Translations under genes and position numbers: made by a program
Shown here: positions 56,284 through 64,000 of the stretch, one piece after another
Position numbering within the stretch: the stretch's first letter is position 1
How the letters are laid out: the number at the start of each line of letters is the position of its first letter
The notes under the pieces: model-generated
The model's database searches: none
What the model saw: only the letters and a program-made list of their open reading frames with translations
What the model was told of the DNA's origin: nothing
NCBI GenBank assembly: GCA_963771465.1
Contig: CAVYTU010000018.1
Coordinates: forward strand, 32,001 to 96,000
Source of the DNA: an uncultured delta proteobacterium
Lineage (GTDB): Bacteria; Desulfobacterota; Binatia; UBA9968
Direction of reading: 5' to 3'
Length of the DNA: 64,000 bases

Positions 56284-57666
56284 ATGGCTACACAACCGGC
56301 AACTTCACAAAGTCCTAGCGTTATCGATCGTATGTTGCGGCTTTTTTCCGACGTCCGCGGCGGCGAGGGTTTTACGGCGCTGCTCTTGATGAGCAATCTG
56401 TTTTTGCTGCTGACGGCTTACCTGATTATCAAAGTTGTCCGCGAAGCGCTGATCCTCGGCGAAGGCGGCGCTGTGGTGAAAAGTTACGCGGCGGCGGGCC
56501 AAGCGCTGTTGCTGCTCGGCGTCGTGCCGCTCTACAGCGTCGTGGCGAGCCGGGTGCGGCGTATTCAGTTAATCAACGGCGTCACTTCGTTCTGCATCCT
56601 GGTATTCTTCTTGTTTTACCTTTTAGGCCGCCTGGGTTTTGCCCTTGGCGTGCCGTTCTTTCTCTGGGTCGGGATCTTCAATCTTTTCGTCATCGCGCAG
56701 TTCTGGTCTTTCGCCAACGATCTTTATTCCGAAGAGCAGGGCAAGCGGCTCTTTCCGATCATCGCCTTTGGCGGCGGCCTTGGGGCGATACTCGGACCGA
56801 AGCTGGCGAGCATGCTCTACCAATCTTTCGGCGCCGCTGGACTCATGCTGCTCGCCGGGGCGATCCTATCGCTGTGCATCGTCATCGCCAATTGGATCCA
56901 TCGACGCGCGACGGTCGGCCAAGCCGCGGCCAAAGCGGCAAATGTTCCGTTGAATAACCAGGGCGCTTTCCGGCTGGTCGTCGGCCAGCGCTATTTCTTA
57001 CTCATCGCCGGCTTGATGGTGATTCTCAATCTAGTCAATACCACCGGCGAGTACATTCTCGGCCAGAAGGTGACTGAAGAAGCGAAGCGCTTTGCCGCCG
57101 CCGAAACCGTGTCGGCACCCAGCGACGCCCAGACGACGACGCCAAAGGTTGCCGCCGAACTTAAGGCGAAGCAGTACATCGCGAGCTTTTACGGCGATTT
57201 TCTCGCCCTGGTGAGTTTGCTGTCGGCTCTCGCGCAACTCTTTTTAGTTTCGCGCATTATTAAATATTTCGGTGTGCCGGCGTCGCTATTTGTTCTGCCG
57301 CTGATCGTTTTCGGCAGCTACTCTCTGGTCGCTATCGCGCCGGTGCTCGCCTCCATTCATGTTGCGAAAGTTATGGAGAACAGCACCGACTACTCCTTGC
57401 AAAACACCGTGCGCCAGGCTTTGTTTCTACCCACCAGCAGGGAAGCCAAATACAAAGCTAAGGCCGCCATCGATACATTTTTTGTCCGTATCGGCGATCT
57501 GCTATCCACCGGCTTAGTCTTCTTAAGCCTGCAACTCTCTCTTACCAGCCGCACTCTAAGTATCATCAATCTCTCGTTGGTGGCTCTGTGGCTATTGCTG
57601 ATCTCGAGAATCGGGCCGAGCTACAGGGCTCTAGCGGCAGCTCGGAACCCATCGGAGCGCGAGTGA
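56284..57666 (+). CDS. Npt1/Npt2-family nucleotide transporter
   Basis: AYLIIKVVREAL, QFWSFANDLY..EQGKRLFP, DYSLQNT.RQALFLP..RE.KYKAKAAIDTFFVR.GD. Confidence 0.9.
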   Translation: MATQPATSQSPSVIDRMLRLFSDVRGGEGFTALLLMSNLFLLLTAYLIIKVVREALILGEGGAVVKSYAAAGQALLLLGVVPLYSVVASRVRRIQLINGVTSFCILVFFLFYLLGRLGFALGVPFFLWVGIFNLFVIAQFWSFANDLYSEEQGKRLFPIIAFGGGLGAILGPKLASMLYQSFGAAGLMLLAGAILSLCIVIANWIHRRATVGQAAAKAANVPLNNQGAFRLVVGQRYFLLIAGLMVILNLVNTTGEYILGQKVTEEAKRFAAAETVSAPSDAQTTTPKVAAELKAKQYIASFYGDFLALVSLLSALAQLFLVSRIIKYFGVPASLFVLPLIVFGSYSLVAIAPVLASIHVAKVMENSTDYSLQNTVRQALFLPTSREAKYKAKAAIDTFFVRIGDLLSTGLVFLSLQLSLTSRTLSIINLSLVALWLLLISRIGPSYRALAAARNPSERE

Positions 57667-57811
57667 ACTCGCCTGGTTTATCTTCACAACGGAATCACAG
57701 TCGTGCTCAGCGGCTAGCAGACGGACAAAACTTTTCTCCGGCACGACCTTTCCACGGATAATCGTACTCTCAATAAATGTTTTCCGGTGGTATTAGGCGC
57801 TGACTTCGGCT

Positions 57812-58732
57812 ATGCATCAAAGCATGCGCATCTGTTCTTTGCTTCCAGGCGCCACGGAAATCGCGTTTGCTCTCGGACTCGGCGAGCAGATCGTTGGTGT
57901 GACGCATGAGTGCGACTATCCGCCGGACGCCCAGCAGAAACCGGTGATGGTCCATAGCGCGGTCGATGCGCAACACATGAGCGGTAGTGAAATCGACCGG
58001 ATGGTAGGCGAACTGCTCGCCGCCGGTAAAGGCCTTTACCACATCGATGCAGCGGCTTTGCTCGCGGCCAATCCCGACGTCATTCTCACCCAAGGACTTT
58101 GCGAAGTCTGCGCCCTCGACTACAACGAAGTCGTCAAAGCCGCGGCGCGATTGCCGCGTCAACCCAATATTGTATCGTTGAATCCACACAGCTTGTCCGA
58201 TCTGCTCGACGATATTTTGCGTGTCGGCCAAGCGACCGAGCGGATCGCAGCTGCGACAAGCTTAGCCGCCGATCTGCGCCAACGGATCGATAGCCTGGGT
58301 CACAGCGAGCCGGACAATCGGCCGCGAGTGGTTTGTCTCGAATGGTTCGAACCGCTGTATACCGCGGGCCACTGGGTGCCGGAGATGGTCGCGTTGGCCG
58401 GCGGTTTCGACGTGCTCGGACAACCAGGCGAACCGTCGGCAAAGATCGAATGGCGCCAGGTGACCGAGGCACGGCCGGAAGTGATTTTGTTGATGCCCTG
58501 CGGCTTCGACGTGCGCCGCACCGTTAAAGAGTCGACGCCACTGAGAAGTTTGCCCGGCTGGGAGCAAATTCCCGCGGTACGATCTGGGAATGTATACGCA
58601 ATGAACGGCAGCGCATACTTCAGTCGCCCCGGCCCGCGCTTGGTGAACGGTCTAGAAATTCTCGCGCGCATTATTCATCCCGAGTCGGTGACCTGGTCCC
58701 TGTCGCCGGCGGACGCCGCGCGGTTTAACTGA
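57812..58732 (+). CDS. BtuF-like cobalamin/iron-chelate-binding protein
   Basis: RICSLLPGATE, GVTHECDYP, TQGLCEVC, GHWVPE, MPCG, FSRPGPRL. Confidence 0.88.
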   Translation: MHQSMRICSLLPGATEIAFALGLGEQIVGVTHECDYPPDAQQKPVMVHSAVDAQHMSGSEIDRMVGELLAAGKGLYHIDAAALLAANPDVILTQGLCEVCALDYNEVVKAAARLPRQPNIVSLNPHSLSDLLDDILRVGQATERIAAATSLAADLRQRIDSLGHSEPDNRPRVVCLEWFEPLYTAGHWVPEMVALAGGFDVLGQPGEPSAKIEWRQVTEARPEVILLMPCGFDVRRTVKESTPLRSLPGWEQIPAVRSGNVYAMNGSAYFSRPGPRLVNGLEILARIIHPESVTWSLSPADAARFN

Positions 58733-59147
58733 TACGGATCCCGTAAGTGAAGTGAATAAGCGTGACTGAATGCGACTGTTCGCTTCAGTGTTTTCTTGCT
58801 CTGTAACTTCCCAGTCGTTAACTTGTCAGGATCTTATGTCGCTGCGTCTTGATCGGCATCGATGCATTCATGTGCTGGCGCTGTGCAACCCATGTCAGCC
58901 GATTCCTCGGCCGATAATGGGCGAATTGACTGTACTGCGAGCAACCATTCCTTGGCTTGGTAGTAGTGTTTGCTAAGAATACCATCACGCTACCAGTGAG
59001 AACCGAGGAATATGATATGGAATCCAGTGCCGCGTCGAAGGCCATCGCCCATCGCTACTAAGTTGAAGGAGATCCTCAAATGACTTGTTCGTAATGATAA
59101 AGTTACGCCGAGAATTAGAAACCAATCGAGCCGTTGAGGACCGAGGA

Positions 59148-60326
59148 ATGGCCAGAACTTATCGTTTCATTTCCGCTGACAGTCACTACGAGTCGCCGCC
59201 GGAACATTGGACGCATCGGGTGGCGAAGCAATACCGCGACCGCGCGCCGCGGCGCATCAAGCTTGCCAACGGCAAAGACGCTTTAGCGCTGGAAGGTAAA
59301 CCGCTGATCTACGGCGGCACGAGTCTGTTCGGCGGGCGCGCGCCGGAGGTTTTCGATCCGACGATCTTGGACTACGACAACACGCCGGGCTGCGGTCCGG
59401 CCGCGCAGCGTTTGCGCGAACAGGATATCGACGGTATCGACGCCGAAGTACTTTTTGCCCTCGACGTGCGCAACTCGGCGATCCGCGACAAGGCGGCGCG
59501 CATCGGCGTCGTTCAAGGCTTCAATGATTTCTTCGCCGAAGAATATTGCGCTATCGACCGCGACCGTTTGCTCGGCATGGCCGTGATGCCCAACAGCGGC
59601 GTGGCCGAAGATATTGCCGAGATGGAGCGCTGTAAACGCCTGGGCTTCAAAGGCGCCTGGCTCAGCACATTCCCCAGCGGCAAGAGTTTCCCGAGCGTCG
59701 AGGACGATCGTTTCTGGGCTGCGGCGTTAGATTTAGAAATGCCGCTGGTGATTCACACTGGCTTCCCCACTAAAGTAGGCTCGCGCGATACGCCGCTCTT
59801 CAACTATCCTAAAGAACCGCAGGGCGAGCAGCGGCCACCGACGGATTTCGTCCAGCGTTTTGCGCGCCAGGCGCCGCATCATTCAGGTTCGGTGGAAGTG
59901 AGCCAGATCATTATCGCCGGTGTGTTCGACCGCTTTCCCAAACTGCAAATCTACTGGGCGGAAAATAACGTCGGTTGGCTGCCGTACTTCGGTGAGCAGA
60001 TCGATAAAGAGTATGAGACCAACCATTTCTGGGCCGAGCGGCAAATGGGATTGCCGCGCTTGAAGCGCAAGCCGAGTGAGTATTTGAAAGAGAACGCCCA
60101 CTGGGGATTTTTCGAAGACCGCATCGGCATGAAGCTGCGCCACGAGATCGGTGTCGACCGCATCATGTGGTCGACGGATTTTCCCCACGTCGTGACGCGC
60201 TGGCCGAATTCTCTAAAAGTTTTGGCGACGCAGATGACTGGCGTGCCCGATGACGAGAAGCGGAAAATGGCGGCGGAGAACGCGATCAAGTTTTTTCATC
60301 TCGATCATGTCGAAGCAGCCGGATGA
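59148..60326 (+). CDS. Amidohydrolase_2 family protein
   Basis: ISADSH, RLREQDIDGIDAEV, IH, GVFDRFPKL..E..GW, IMWSTDFPH, ENA. Confidence 0.92.
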   Translation: MARTYRFISADSHYESPPEHWTHRVAKQYRDRAPRRIKLANGKDALALEGKPLIYGGTSLFGGRAPEVFDPTILDYDNTPGCGPAAQRLREQDIDGIDAEVLFALDVRNSAIRDKAARIGVVQGFNDFFAEEYCAIDRDRLLGMAVMPNSGVAEDIAEMERCKRLGFKGAWLSTFPSGKSFPSVEDDRFWAAALDLEMPLVIHTGFPTKVGSRDTPLFNYPKEPQGEQRPPTDFVQRFARQAPHHSGSVEVSQIIIAGVFDRFPKLQIYWAENNVGWLPYFGEQIDKEYETNHFWAERQMGLPRLKRKPSEYLKENAHWGFFEDRIGMKLRHEIGVDRIMWSTDFPHVVTRWPNSLKVLATQMTGVPDDEKRKMAAENAIKFFHLDHVEAAG

Positions 60327-60337
60327 TGGGCTTGTCC

Positions 60338-60367
60338 GTCATTCCGGCCATTGAGCCGGAATCCAGG
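60338..60367. repeat. REP-like GC-rich hairpin
   Basis: ATTCCGGC-CATTGA-GCCGGAAT perfect 8-bp stem right after a stop codon. Confidence 0.55.
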
Positions 60368-60408
60368 CGGGGTAGCTTGGGTTCCGACACACGCAAAGGG
60401 AGGCAACG

Positions 60409-61425
60409 ATGATTCGACTCCGTTTAATCATTACGTTAGTCACCGTCGCGTGCTTGTGTGTCGTTCAAGTCCCCATCGCATCTGCCCAAACCAAAATCAC
60501 CATCGGTGTGGCGGCGATGAGCCCGCGGACGATTCCTTTGCTCCTGGCGCAGGAGCAAGGACTGTTCGCCAAGCAGGATATCGAGGCGCGCATTGTCTTG
60601 ATCAAAGGCGCGCCGATCTTGGTCGCCAGTCTGATCTCCGGCGATCTTGAGATCGGTTATACCGGCGGCACATCCGTGCTCGGCGCCGCGGCATCCGGGC
60701 CATACCTAAAAATTCTCTCATCGATATCGAGCAAGCTCACCCACACGATGCTGGCGCACCCGAGTCTCAAAAGCGCCGAGCAATTGCGCGGTAAGCGTTT
60801 TGGCATCCAGAGCATGGGCGGCACCACGTGGATGCACACGATCCTTGGTCTCGAACACGTCGGGCTCGACGTCAAGCGCGACAACATCAACATTCTCATG
60901 ATCGGCGACTCGGTGCTGATTGGCCAATCATTGGAGGCCGGTAGAATCGATGCGGCGGTGCTCGATGGCGGCTTGGCGCGCCGGCTGATCAGCAAAGGCT
61001 TCTCGGTCATTGTTGATTTGACGCCATTCAATATTCCCATGGTCAATCAGGCCGTCGTCGTCACTCCAGATTTTATCCAAAAACGCGGCGAGCTGGCCGA
61101 ACGGATTCTGATGGTGCTGGTGGACAGCTTGGCGTACACGTTGGCGCCGATGAATAAGAACGTTGTGATGCGCACAATCATGCGCCGGCTCCAGATCGAT
61201 GATCCAAAAGTCGGCGAGGAAGGTTATCAGGATCTCATGACGAGCATCGAGCGCAAACCGTTTCCGTCAATCGAAGGTTTACGCAACATCCGCCGCCTCA
61301 TGGCCACGCAAAATCCCAAAGCGGCGAATGTCAAAGTCGAAGATTTGATTGATGCGCGGATAATCCGCAAGCTCGACGAGAACGGCTACATCGACAAAGT
61401 GGCGGCGGGATATGGGTTGAGGTAG
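60409..61425 (+). CDS. NMT1/SsuA-type ABC substrate-binding protein
   Basis: Signal peptide, A.EQGLFAK, SLISGD, LRGKRFGI, GRIDAA, LDENGYID. Confidence 0.9.
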   Translation: MIRLRLIITLVTVACLCVVQVPIASAQTKITIGVAAMSPRTIPLLLAQEQGLFAKQDIEARIVLIKGAPILVASLISGDLEIGYTGGTSVLGAAASGPYLKILSSISSKLTHTMLAHPSLKSAEQLRGKRFGIQSMGGTTWMHTILGLEHVGLDVKRDNINILMIGDSVLIGQSLEAGRIDAAVLDGGLARRLISKGFSVIVDLTPFNIPMVNQAVVVTPDFIQKRGELAERILMVLVDSLAYTLAPMNKNVVMRTIMRRLQIDDPKVGEEGYQDLMTSIERKPFPSIEGLRNIRRLMATQNPKAANVKVEDLIDARIIRKLDENGYIDKVAAGYGLR

Positions 61426-61543
61426 AAGAAAAAATCATGCGCAATGTCAGTTGTCTCTATGCGTGATTCCATAATAGCTCCACTTGAACAATCTCCAATG
61501 TGTCGAACGCGTTTTTCAAACTTCGGCAAAGAATAATCGACCT

Positions 61544-63481
61544 CTATTCAGTGACGGTTTTAAATCCGGGTGCACGGTGCATCCACTCCCAAGCGATCAT
61601 AGCTGCACCGAGGGCGAAGCCAGCGAAGTCGGCGAACAGTAGCAAATTACTTGTTGACGGCAGTAGTAACATCAACGCGGCGAGCCATAGTAAACCGCGA
61701 TTGACCCAGGTTAGCGGGCGAAATAAATAGCCGGCGCAGCCGGCGGCGAGCATGATGATGCCGATGCTGGCGGTGAAGATCGCGATGACAATTTCTTTCG
61801 GCGTGCCGATGAAAATCAGGGCTGGATGCAGCGCGAAAATGAATGGGACAATATAGGCGGCGATGCCGAGGCGCATGGCGGTCCAGCCGGTCTGCCAGAA
61901 GTTCGCGTGGGCGATGGATGCGGCGATGTAGACGGGCAAGCAATCCGGCGGCGTGATCAGCGAGACCATGCCGAAGTAGAAGAGAAAGAGATGCGCGGCG
62001 AGCGGTGGAATGCCGAGTTGTATCAACGCCGGCGCGGCGAGAACGGCGAGGGTGATGTAGACGACCGTGGTTGGTAGCGGCAGGCCGAGGAACAGACAGC
62101 CGAGCGCGGTGATGAGGAGCAGCAAGTAAATATTATTGCCGGAGAGGGTGACCAGCAGCAGAGAGATTTTGAAAGTGAAGCCGGAAAGATGGAGCGCGCC
62201 GATGACAATGCCGGCGAGCGCCGTGATTACGGCGATGTCGAGCAGAATTTTGCCGGTCTCTTCGAAAGCCGCGACGATTTTTTTGAACGACGGGCGAGTT
62301 TCTTTCTGCAGTGCGCCGACGGCCAAGACGCCGATAACGGCGACCATGCCGGCTTTGCCGGCTTCCCAATTTTCGATCATCAGCGTGTAGACGAGAATCG
62401 AAAGGGGAATCAGAAATACCCAGCCCAAGCGGATGACGCTGCGAAATTTGGGAATTTCATTGGCCGGCAGTCCTAATAAACCGCGCTTGGCCGCTTCCAA
62501 ATCGATTTGCGTGAACAGTGCGAGATAGTAGAGCGCGGCGGGAATGGCTGCGGCGAGTGCGATTTGACCGTATGGGATATTTAAGAATTCCGCCATCAAA
62601 AATGCCGCGGCGCCCATGACCGGCGGCGTGATCTGGCCGCCGTTCGAAGCGACCGCTTCGATGGCGGCGGCGAGATGCGCGGGAAATCCCGTGCTCTTCA
62701 TCAGCGGGATCGTGATCGCGCCGTCGACGACGACATTGGCGACCGCGCTGCCGGACACCGTGCCGAAGAGCGCGGAGGAAACCACCGATACTTTCGCCGG
62801 CCCGCCGCGGTAACGGCCGGTGGCGATGAGCGCAAGATCGGTGAGAAATTTATCGCCGCCGACGGCGTAGAGCGCTTGGCCGAATAGGATGAAAGCGACG
62901 ACGACGCCGGCGGCGACGTCGAGGGGCAAGCCGAGCATGGCGTTGGAATCCAAATAGAGATAGCTGGCGATGCGCGCCCACGACGGGCTCTTTGAGTACA
63001 ATATCCCGGGCATGTGCTCGGCGAATCGGGTGTAAAGGATCACGCCGAGCGCAAGCCATGCGAGCGTTCCGCCGGCGACCCGACGGGTCGCTTCGAGCAG
63101 TAGCAAGATCGCCAGGCCACCGAAGATCCAGCGGTCGGGCGAGAGTATGCCAAGACGATAGGCAATGGTCGGATACAAAATCGTCACGTACAGACCGACG
63201 GCGAGACCGCCGAGCGCGAGTAGCCAGTCGTACCAGGGAACGTTGTCACCGACTTGTTTGGGAAACGTTTTGATGGCGAGAAAGACGCTGCCGAGACCGA
63301 GAGCGAGGAACAGCGCGAGATACTGTTGCTTGAAAAAAGTAACTTCGAAGTGGTGATGAATCTCCAACGCCCACAACGAACCGAGCACCGTGATTGAAAT
63401 CAGCAGCGCGCGCAGGATGGCCGACGGCGCGCCGGTGAGCTTGCGAAAACGTTCAGGTGTGGCGGCGAGCTCGTCACTCAT
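61544..63481 (-). CDS. TRAP transporter fused 4TM/12TM permease (TAXI type)
   Basis: GGPAKVSV..S..FGTVSGSAVAN, GGQITPPVMGAAAFLMAEFL, ITPP. Confidence 0.95.
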   Translation of the reverse strand: MSDELAATPERFRKLTGAPSAILRALLISITVLGSLWALEIHHHFEVTFFKQQYLALFLALGLGSVFLAIKTFPKQVGDNVPWYDWLLALGGLAVGLYVTILYPTIAYRLGILSPDRWIFGGLAILLLLEATRRVAGGTLAWLALGVILYTRFAEHMPGILYSKSPSWARIASYLYLDSNAMLGLPLDVAAGVVVAFILFGQALYAVGGDKFLTDLALIATGRYRGGPAKVSVVSSALFGTVSGSAVANVVVDGAITIPLMKSTGFPAHLAAAIEAVASNGGQITPPVMGAAAFLMAEFLNIPYGQIALAAAIPAALYYLALFTQIDLEAAKRGLLGLPANEIPKFRSVIRLGWVFLIPLSILVYTLMIENWEAGKAGMVAVIGVLAVGALQKETRPSFKKIVAAFEETGKILLDIAVITALAGIVIGALHLSGFTFKISLLLVTLSGNNIYLLLLITALGCLFLGLPLPTTVVYITLAVLAAPALIQLGIPPLAAHLFLFYFGMVSLITPPDCLPVYIAASIAHANFWQTGWTAMRLGIAAYIVPFIFALHPALIFIGTPKEIVIAIFTASIGIIMLAAGCAGYLFRPLTWVNRGLLWLAALMLLLPSTSNLLLFADFAGFALGAAMIAWEWMHRAPGFKTVTE

Positions 63482-63495
63482 CGTAAAAGATCGAT

Positions 63496-63552
63496 CCGTT
63501 CAAATCGTCAAGCGCTCGCCCTCGGTTCCAGCCGTTTAAGCCGTTGAAGCGG
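63496..63552. repeat. Second copy of the GTTCAANNN 9-bp-period intergenic repeat
   Basis: CCGTTCAAA..GGTTCCAG CCGTTTAAG CCGTTGAAG. Confidence 0.55.
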
Positions 63553-63555
63553 AAG

Positions 63556-64000
63556 TCACGGATTCACCGCCAGCAGGCGTTTCTGCGCATCGTCCATCTT
63601 GGCGTTCCAAAGATTTTTTTCCTTGTAGAACTGCACGGCGGCGGGATGATAGGGAACCGTCACGTCGGCAGACGCAGCGCGTTCGCGGGTCCAGTCTTGG
63701 AACTGCGCGTGGAGCGGTGGCAGCTTGTCGACGTTATCCCACACGGCTTTCAGCGCGGTTACTACCACGTCGTTGGAGAGGCCTTTGTGGCCGAGCATGT
63801 AAATGTCGAAAGTAAGCACGCAGGTGTCGGCGACGATGCCGGTCGAAAACCCCGATTTTAGCGTCGTTGTCGAGTAACCGGGAACGGCTTTTCTCACCCG
63901 GCCGTCTCCTTGAGCGCTACAATCGAGCGGAACATGGCGCACGCCGACAGCGGCATCGGCTTCTTTTACTTTTGCCGCGCCAATCGCGTGGATGCTGACA
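63556..64000 (-). CDS. TAXI-family TRAP substrate-binding protein (5' end outside window)
   Basis: Frame open to the window edge; C-terminal VPYHPAAVQFYKE motif; adjacent to the fused permease. Confidence 0.9.
   Translation of the reverse strand, partial: VSIHAIGAAKVKEADAAVGVRHVPLDCSAQGDGRVRKAVPGYSTTTLKSGFSTGIVADTCVLTFDIYMLGHKGLSNDVVVTALKAVWDNVDKLPPLHAQFQDWTRERAASADVTVPYHPAAVQFYKEKNLWNAKMDDAQKRLLAVNP

Overview
Bacterial genomic window, GC-rich overall. The gene repertoire (orphan Bug/TctC, NMT1/SsuA-type and TAXI-TRAP binding proteins, amidohydrolases, short palindromic intergenic repeats) resembles Candidatus Binatia / deltaproteobacteria-like genomes; this taxonomy is inference only. About 1-26.5 kb looks accessory. 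It holds an out-of-context ftsH, small membrane and lipoprotein genes, a decayed tRNA-Leu(CAA), and a two-gene 15.5-kb hybrid NRPS-PKS cluster (C-A[Thr code]-T-E-C-T // KS-AT-ACP-aminotransferase-C-A-T-TE). That cluster has a sigma-54 promoter, an A-less module and a thioesterase with Cys in place of the catalytic Ser. The 26.7-35.4 kb stretch is housekeeping-like (amidohydrolase, Rieske, TraB, CBS, yajQ, msrB, thioesterase, aldo/keto reductases, DoxX, gloB). The 35.6-44 kb stretch is a multi-kinase signalling cassette plus a FIST protein. The 46-52.6 kb stretch is an unusual operon: two heme-oxygenase-like (PqqC/CADD/TenA-fold) proteins, a class I aldolase, a binding protein and an orphan His-tailed EutA-like ATPase with no eutBC. 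After it come two Geobacter-PilA-like pilins, two tandem NTT-family transporters, a BtuF-like protein and a TAXI-TRAP system cut by the window end. Several deletion or frameshift scars are visible. All calls come from reading motifs by eye; no database search was run.
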